DNA from: an uncultured Bdellovibrio sp.
GTDB lineage: Bacteria; Bdellovibrionota; Bdellovibrionia; Bdellovibrionales; Bdellovibrionaceae
DNA length: 64,000 nucleotides
NCBI GenBank assembly: GCA_963932905.1
Contig: CAWVRN010000001.1
Coordinates: forward strand, 256,001 to 320,000
Direction of reading: 5' to 3'
Shown here in pieces: positions 58,586-64,000 of this stretch. The notes below the pieces were generated by a model, which was not told the origin of the DNA, searched no databases, and saw nothing but the letters and a program-made list of their open reading frames with translations. The position numbers were made by a program, and so were the translations under genes. Position 1 is the first letter of the stretch. Every line of letters begins with the position of its first letter.

Positions 58586-59812
58586 ATGCTCATGGCCTAT
58601 ACACGCACGGAACTACACCAGCAAATTTTATCTAAAAAGAACGCGGTTTGCGATTGGTTTCAATCTAAATCTAAAAATGCTTTTATCCCTATTTATTCTA
58701 GCTATGACGTGCGTGATGCGGGTTACAAGGTGGCCAACGTTGATGCTAATATTTATCCCGCGGGATTTAATAACATTTGTCCAACCGATAAAGAAACCAG
58801 CATAGATTTAATGCGGAAATATTTAGAATCAAAATATGGTAAGGATTTAAAACGTATCTTGCTGGTTACCGAAGAGCACACTCAAAACCCTTATTACTGG
58901 GATAACGTAGTTACGATCAAAGATCTTATGGAAAGTGCCGGGAAACAAGTTCGCGTGGGTTTTGGAACTAAACTACCCGAGCCAATCACGGTAAAAAGCG
59001 CCAACGGGCACAATGTTTTGGTCGAATCAGCATGGGGAGATTCGTCCTTAATTAAGGAATTCAATCCGGAAATTATTGTTAGTAATAATGACTTCTCGGA
59101 AGCCCATGCGGAATGGGCTTCAACGGTTAAATTGCCTATCAACCCGCCTCGTGAATTGGGTTGGTATCAACGCAAGAAAAGCGACTACTTTAAATATTAC
59201 AATGAACTAGTCAGTGAATTCGCGACTGTTGCTGGAGTCGATCCGTTTGTTTTCCAAGTGAAAACAGAATATTTCCCTCATTTTGACATTAATTCGGAAG
59301 ATTCTAGAAAAGAGTTGTCTGCAGCCGTTGATAAATTTTTAAAAGAACTAGAGGCTGACTATCAAAAACGCGGAATCACACAAAAACCGTTCGCATTCGT
59401 TAAGAACAATGCGGGAACATACGGTTTGGCGGTTATTCGTGTCCAATCGGCCACCGAAATTTTAGAATGGACTTACAAAGCTCGTAAGAAAATGAAGGCG
59501 GCTAAGGGCGGCCGTGATGTCGAAGAGGTTATTATCCAAGAAGGTATCCCATCTATCGTGGAAACTGACGGTGTCGTTGCCGAACCCGTTATCTACATGA
59601 TTGGTGGCGAACTTGCGGGTGGTTTCTTACGCACTCACAGCGAGAAAGACTCAACAGAAAGTTTGAATAGCCCTGGCGCAATCTATAAAAAATTATGCGT
59701 TAGCGATTTAGAAATTCGACCTGAGGGATGCCCGATGGAAAACGTGTACGGTTGGACCTCAAAAATTGGGTCTTTAGCTATTTCCATGGAAGCTGCGAAA
59801 GTATCTAGATAA
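58586..59812 (+). CDS. gshA: Glutamate--cysteine ligase (ATP-grasp-like GshA family)
   Basis: YSSYDVRDAGYK, VDANIYPAGFNN, NND, PPRELGW, AGTYG, IIQEG, AEPVIY, SLNSPG. Start at 58586 or 58592. Confidence 0.88.
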   Translation: MLMAYTRTELHQQILSKKNAVCDWFQSKSKNAFIPIYSSYDVRDAGYKVANVDANIYPAGFNNICPTDKETSIDLMRKYLESKYGKDLKRILLVTEEHTQNPYYWDNVVTIKDLMESAGKQVRVGFGTKLPEPITVKSANGHNVLVESAWGDSSLIKEFNPEIIVSNNDFSEAHAEWASTVKLPINPPRELGWYQRKKSDYFKYYNELVSEFATVAGVDPFVFQVKTEYFPHFDINSEDSRKELSAAVDKFLKELEADYQKRGITQKPFAFVKNNAGTYGLAVIRVQSATEILEWTYKARKKMKAAKGGRDVEEVIIQEGIPSIVETDGVVAEPVIYMIGGELAGGFLRTHSEKDSTESLNSPGAIYKKLCVSDLEIRPEGCPMENVYGWTSKIGSLAISMEAAKVSR

Positions 59813-60199
59813 GTATTTTGTTTAAGGTTTGGCGCCCAGCTATAATAAGCTTAGGGGGAAAGCTTCAATGGCCGCTTCTTTAACAAGGCCAAAATAGCAG
59901 AAAATCAACAAAAAGAAACCGACGTTTGCAAAATTTTAAAATCAAAAAGCATAAAAAAAATAACTATTTTTGTCACAAACAATAAAAAATCAGTCGAGAA
60001 TCGTTATATGCGGCAACCATCGTAAAGAAGTTCTACACTCAAGAATCTGAACTGACTAAATTTCTACACTGGAAAATTTTAAGGTATTTCTCTATATTAC
60101 CGTCTGTAAATACCGTTGATTGAGGTCTTTGTGAAATCAATCTCGACACCTTGCAAAGGTATAAACTAATTGAAAAAAATCGGTTCAAAAGGGCTGTGT

Positions 60200-61303
60200 A
60201 TGACTAGTTTTGCTTCAATACCTAAGACCGTAGTAACTTTTTTGGTGCTATTTTTTAGCTTACTTGTATTGGCAGATACAACGAACGATTTTTCTGTCAA
60301 CGAAGACCCATTTAGGTTTGATTTAAGTCTTTTAGCTTATAAATCTCAAAATATTTCTACACTTCATATGAATAATAGAATACTCAAAGGTCCGCTGAAA
60401 GGTGAGGAATTAGACTCGTCCGAAAAACGCCCAACCGTCATTGTACATCAAGATGGTGATCGCTGGATTATCGCTAACTTTCATCACATAGATAAGTTTT
60501 ATTTCGCTTCAATTCCTGTAAATGAAGTTGAAAATACTTTTTTTAATATCGTAAAATTTATGCCGGGTGCCGCTCACGCGATGCTTCGTTTTAAAATGAA
60601 AAAAGGTAAATATGTTACTTTGCTGGCAGAGGGTCCTTCGGAAGACGAATTTAAAAAAGGAATTACCGTTAAACCCTTAGAGCGACCGATTCTTCTAAGT
60701 GATATTTTTCTTTCCGTTGAATCTACGTGGACTAAAGGTCGCGACGGCTACGAGTTGCACCGTATATTTAAAGGACATTACGTAAATACATTTAGGATGG
60801 TTTCTTTGGCGACGCGTGCTATGACTTATTATCGCGACGACACGGTTCCTACCGAACAAGTTAAAACAAATTTCAGTTTTGAAGAATCCAGTGAGGCTCT
60901 TAAAAGGAGCATCGAACTATCAGATAAATACGGTCAGTTCAGACCCTACAATTTGTTCAAGAGAAATTGCGCGACTGAGGTCTTTGAAGTGATTGATTTT
61001 GTTACAAATAAATTTCGCTCAGGTGCCAAGGCAACCGGCATTAAAGAACGTTATCACCGCATGCTAAATCGCTTTGTCGGATTTGTTCGCTTTTACCCGT
61101 TGCTTTCCAAGTATGTACTTGTTTGGGCGGGATTGACCGAGGGTAAGGGCCGGGTGACTAATTTAGAATTGGAGGCCGAGAACGGTCCGATTTACAAGCT
61201 CGAAAAAGAACGACAAGATTTCAATCGCGCGGAAGAAATTCGAATGAAGCGCGCGCTTTGTTTGAAGGTTTATGAGCCGGCCACGGTGACCGCCTCCCAA
61301 TAA
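60200..61303 (+). CDS. Secreted DUF4105-like protein (His...Cys, papain-like signature)
   Basis: Signal peptide; AAHAMLRF and YNLFKRNCATE. Start uncertain (60170 or 60200). Confidence 0.6.
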   Translation: MTSFASIPKTVVTFLVLFFSLLVLADTTNDFSVNEDPFRFDLSLLAYKSQNISTLHMNNRILKGPLKGEELDSSEKRPTVIVHQDGDRWIIANFHHIDKFYFASIPVNEVENTFFNIVKFMPGAAHAMLRFKMKKGKYVTLLAEGPSEDEFKKGITVKPLERPILLSDIFLSVESTWTKGRDGYELHRIFKGHYVNTFRMVSLATRAMTYYRDDTVPTEQVKTNFSFEESSEALKRSIELSDKYGQFRPYNLFKRNCATEVFEVIDFVTNKFRSGAKATGIKERYHRMLNRFVGFVRFYPLLSKYVLVWAGLTEGKGRVTNLELEAENGPIYKLEKERQDFNRAEEIRMKRALCLKVYEPATVTASQ

Positions 61304-61522
61304 ACAGCACGGGGCGTTGTTGCTTGTGTAATGTGTTTTGCTGCTATTGCTGTCGTCCTTTGGTTTTCCTTTCGTCATTTTCTCTCAAAGAGCTTCCTCC
61401 GGTATTGAAATAACTTTAGTAGAGTTAGATCTTTAAAATGTTGACAAGCGCTGCCTCCCACTCGGATCATTTTTTATATGATCTGATCAAGGTAAACTAA
61501 AACGGAATTTAGTTGGAGGGGT

Positions 61523-62518
61523 ATGACTAAGAAGTACGGTTTTTTGCTGTTCGTATGCTTATTGGTTGCAACGACAGACGCATTTTCTGCCACTTGGAAA
61601 CGCATTTACATTCCGGGGGCTAAATGTGGAAACGGATCTGCGTTCAGTGTATTCGTAAGGCCAAACAGTCCAGATAAGTTGCTTATTGAATTCATGGGTG
61701 GGGGGGCATGCTGGGATCAAGCTAGTTGTCTTTATCGAACTTGGATCTATCCTGTTCCCCAGTTAAACTCGTACGGCGCAATGACCGATCAAACGAATCC
61801 GTTAAATCCGTTTAAGGACAGCTCGACTATCTACATTCCTTATTGTACCGGGGATGTTTACGCGGGAGACTACACCGCGCAGTATTCGATTTCTAAGATC
61901 AACCACTGGGGTCATAAAAACGTAAGACTGGCGTTAGATCACCTTGTGAGATCTAAAATCGTCGATTTTAAAGCTTTTAATGACGTCGCGGTTTTGGGCT
62001 CGTCTGCGGGCGCTATAGGCTCGCTATTGCACGTAAAGTACATTGATGGGCTACTCAAGCCAGAGGCCCGCCGCACGCTTATAGCGGATTCTCCGGGCCT
62101 TCATTTTGGCGCTACGTTCTGGGATCGTTTTGGTACAGAAGCTAGAACTAGCTTTCAAAAGGCATTCGACGAATTAGGGCTCCGCATAGATTTTAATGAC
62201 GGTTTTATTGCACGCAAAATAGCGCCTATTCTTGACAGCTTAACGAACTGGAAAATCGGCTTTTTATATGGTGAGCGTGACGCCATCATGTCTGAGTACT
62301 TTGGACAGATTTCTAAAACCGACTACCAAAATCTATTACTTGGCGCCGAGGGAATTGTTGAAACCAGCAAGCGTTATTCTAATGTTAACGTTTGGCTATC
62401 TGACTCAGACAATCACATTTTCCTATTATTCCAAGACAAATATAATTCTAAATCCGTTGATGGTGTACCGGCTATCGGCTTTGTAAAAAACATTCACGAA
62501 TCAAACCTCGGAAATTAA
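61523..62518 (+). CDS. Secreted pectinacetylesterase/Notum-family hydrolase
   Basis: AKCGNGS, FMGGGACW, YIPYCTGD, GSSAG, ADS. Confidence 0.88.
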   Translation: MTKKYGFLLFVCLLVATTDAFSATWKRIYIPGAKCGNGSAFSVFVRPNSPDKLLIEFMGGGACWDQASCLYRTWIYPVPQLNSYGAMTDQTNPLNPFKDSSTIYIPYCTGDVYAGDYTAQYSISKINHWGHKNVRLALDHLVRSKIVDFKAFNDVAVLGSSAGAIGSLLHVKYIDGLLKPEARRTLIADSPGLHFGATFWDRFGTEARTSFQKAFDELGLRIDFNDGFIARKIAPILDSLTNWKIGFLYGERDAIMSEYFGQISKTDYQNLLLGAEGIVETSKRYSNVNVWLSDSDNHIFLLFQDKYNSKSVDGVPAIGFVKNIHESNLGN

Positions 62519-62523
62519 AATTT

Positions 62524-63462
62524 ATGAAAAAAATGGCGACCATCCTCCTCTGTTTGTTAGTACTATTCATGGTAGCTCGTGTTGTTTTGAAAACTCCAAT
62601 CGGCAAACAAAAAGTCGTCGACTTCACTCCCTCGAAAAAAGAATGCGGTTCAGTGCCGGAATTTGCGGGACTGCGATATTGTGTTCATCTTCCATTATCT
62701 GGCGCTCCAAACGGTGATATCGCCTACGTACTACATGGAAAAGACCAAAATGAGTTGATGTGGAACTATGAATACTTATACGGAGCTCTGGTCCAAAAAT
62801 ACTGGGAACAAAATAGAATAGTACCCCCTACAGTTGTTTCGATTTCTTTTGGTCCCGTATGGTTGCTAAGCCCCAAGGGTACTTTACCTGACAGCGGTCT
62901 AATGGATTTATTTGTAGATAGAGTTATTCCTATGATCGAAAGCAAAATTGGTAAACCCCAGAACCGTCTTGTGTTTGGCGCTTCGATGGGTGGCATGAAC
63001 TCGCTGAGTTTGGGTTTGTTACACGGAAACCTTTTTAAACGCGTTGGAGCTGTGTGTCCGGTGATGTACATGGAGACTCCGTATTCGAACCTATCTGAAA
63101 TGAAAACTTTTCTTCAAAGTACAGGTGCTGAACCCTACAACATAATGATAGCTATCGCCCTCAGTCGTCGCTATTTTTCTAACAAAGACGAATGGGATCA
63201 ATTCGCGCCATTAAGCTTAATAAATCGCGAGAATATTCAATACAATACAAAGTTTTATTTGAGCGGTGCTCTTTATGACGAATGGGGAGTCTTCCGCGCT
63301 GAAGAAACGTTTGTTGAAAAAGCCCAAGCTAAAGGCGTTTCCGTCGAATGGCACCCGCAATTTGGCCCGCACTGTGTTGTGGACGTGGGCACTTTAGCTG
63401 AGTTTTTAGTTGCCGATCATCGGATCGTCCGCGAGTTAAAAAAAATCACCGCTCAAAAATAA
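62524..63462 (+). CDS. Exported alpha/beta-fold esterase
   Basis: LHG, GASMGG, C-terminal GPH; N-terminal hydrophobic helix. Confidence 0.8.
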   Translation: MKKMATILLCLLVLFMVARVVLKTPIGKQKVVDFTPSKKECGSVPEFAGLRYCVHLPLSGAPNGDIAYVLHGKDQNELMWNYEYLYGALVQKYWEQNRIVPPTVVSISFGPVWLLSPKGTLPDSGLMDLFVDRVIPMIESKIGKPQNRLVFGASMGGMNSLSLGLLHGNLFKRVGAVCPVMYMETPYSNLSEMKTFLQSTGAEPYNIMIAIALSRRYFSNKDEWDQFAPLSLINRENIQYNTKFYLSGALYDEWGVFRAEETFVEKAQAKGVSVEWHPQFGPHCVVDVGTLAEFLVADHRIVRELKKITAQK

Positions 63463-63870
63463 AAGTTATTGTTGGTGGGTATCAAACCCAACGTTGTTTT
63501 TGAACTTGGGCATCTAAACTTGTGTTCTTTAGTAACCGAGGAACTAGGACGCCTTTATGTGCGCTAGTTCCTTGATATCGTTTCGCCGGCACTGGAATTT
63601 TTTATGAACAGATCAATTTTACTGTCAAATTGACGCTCAGAAAAACAGTCTGATGGCGGTATCTAAAAAACCTATTTTTGATAAAACCATAAACACTTGT
63701 TGGGCAAGTTTCTCTTGGTTAAGTTTTCATAGTATAATTCACCCATCCCTTGAGGAGAGAACGCAATTTGCGCATCTGGCTTAGCTAGGAGCTTAATTCT
63801 TTTCGGAAAAACGGCATTCATTGCTACTCTCATAGCTGCCCGCACGGGTTTCTTGATCGTCAAAGGGACA

Positions 63871-64000
63871 TTAGTTGTCACACTTCCACTTAACGACCCA
63901 TCTACGAATGCATATCTTACAGCAGAGGCTTTGTACGGTGAACTTTCTAAGCTTTTTACGGCTTCTTCATAAACGTCAATTGGAAATGCGATCCCCTTTA
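63871..64000 (-). CDS. Possible 3' end of a gene extending beyond the window
   Basis: Minus-strand frame open from the edge: KGIAFPIDVYEEAVKSLESSPYKASAVRYAFVDGSLSGKCDN*. Confidence 0.35.

Noticed and set aside
60033..60070. TTCTACACT twice; AAATTTCTAC resembles a Cas12a repeat
   Set aside because: Only two 9-bp matches, no full repeat hairpin and no cas genes.
63672..63881. 69-aa ORF near the right edge
   Set aside because: No motif or RBS support; cannot be judged without flanking sequence.

Overview
A 64-kb, AT-leaning bacterial chromosome segment. It most resembles a Bdellovibrionota (Bdellovibrio-like predator) genome; this is inferred from the short 277-aa flagellin, stand-alone PilZ protein, GYF/TPR membrane protein and many secreted hydrolases and ORFans. 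Core loci are rho, rpmE2-prfA-prmC-murA, serS with tRNA-Ser(UGA), tRNA-Asn(GUU), ftsE-ftsX-envC-ctpA-msrB, flagellin, tig, an ArsA/Get3-like pair with gshA, ggt, and an ald2-mtnA-mtnP salvage operon. Three things stand out. (1) A translationally coupled, luciferase-less operon (MFS, GNAT, LuxE-like ligase, LuxC-reductase/ligase fusion, PaaK-like ligase; 4506-11868) has the gene set of NRPS-independent peptide-aldehyde (leupeptin-type) pathways. (2) Two tandem, integrase-less mini-elements at the tRNA-Ser 3' end (about 24515-28470) share a four-block non-coding scaffold but carry unrelated cargo. (3) A candidate small RNA with two C-rich hairpins, a promoter and a terminator lies at about 19323-19413. 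No CRISPR array, rRNA or intact transposase/integrase was seen. All calls come from reading motifs by eye; no database search was run.
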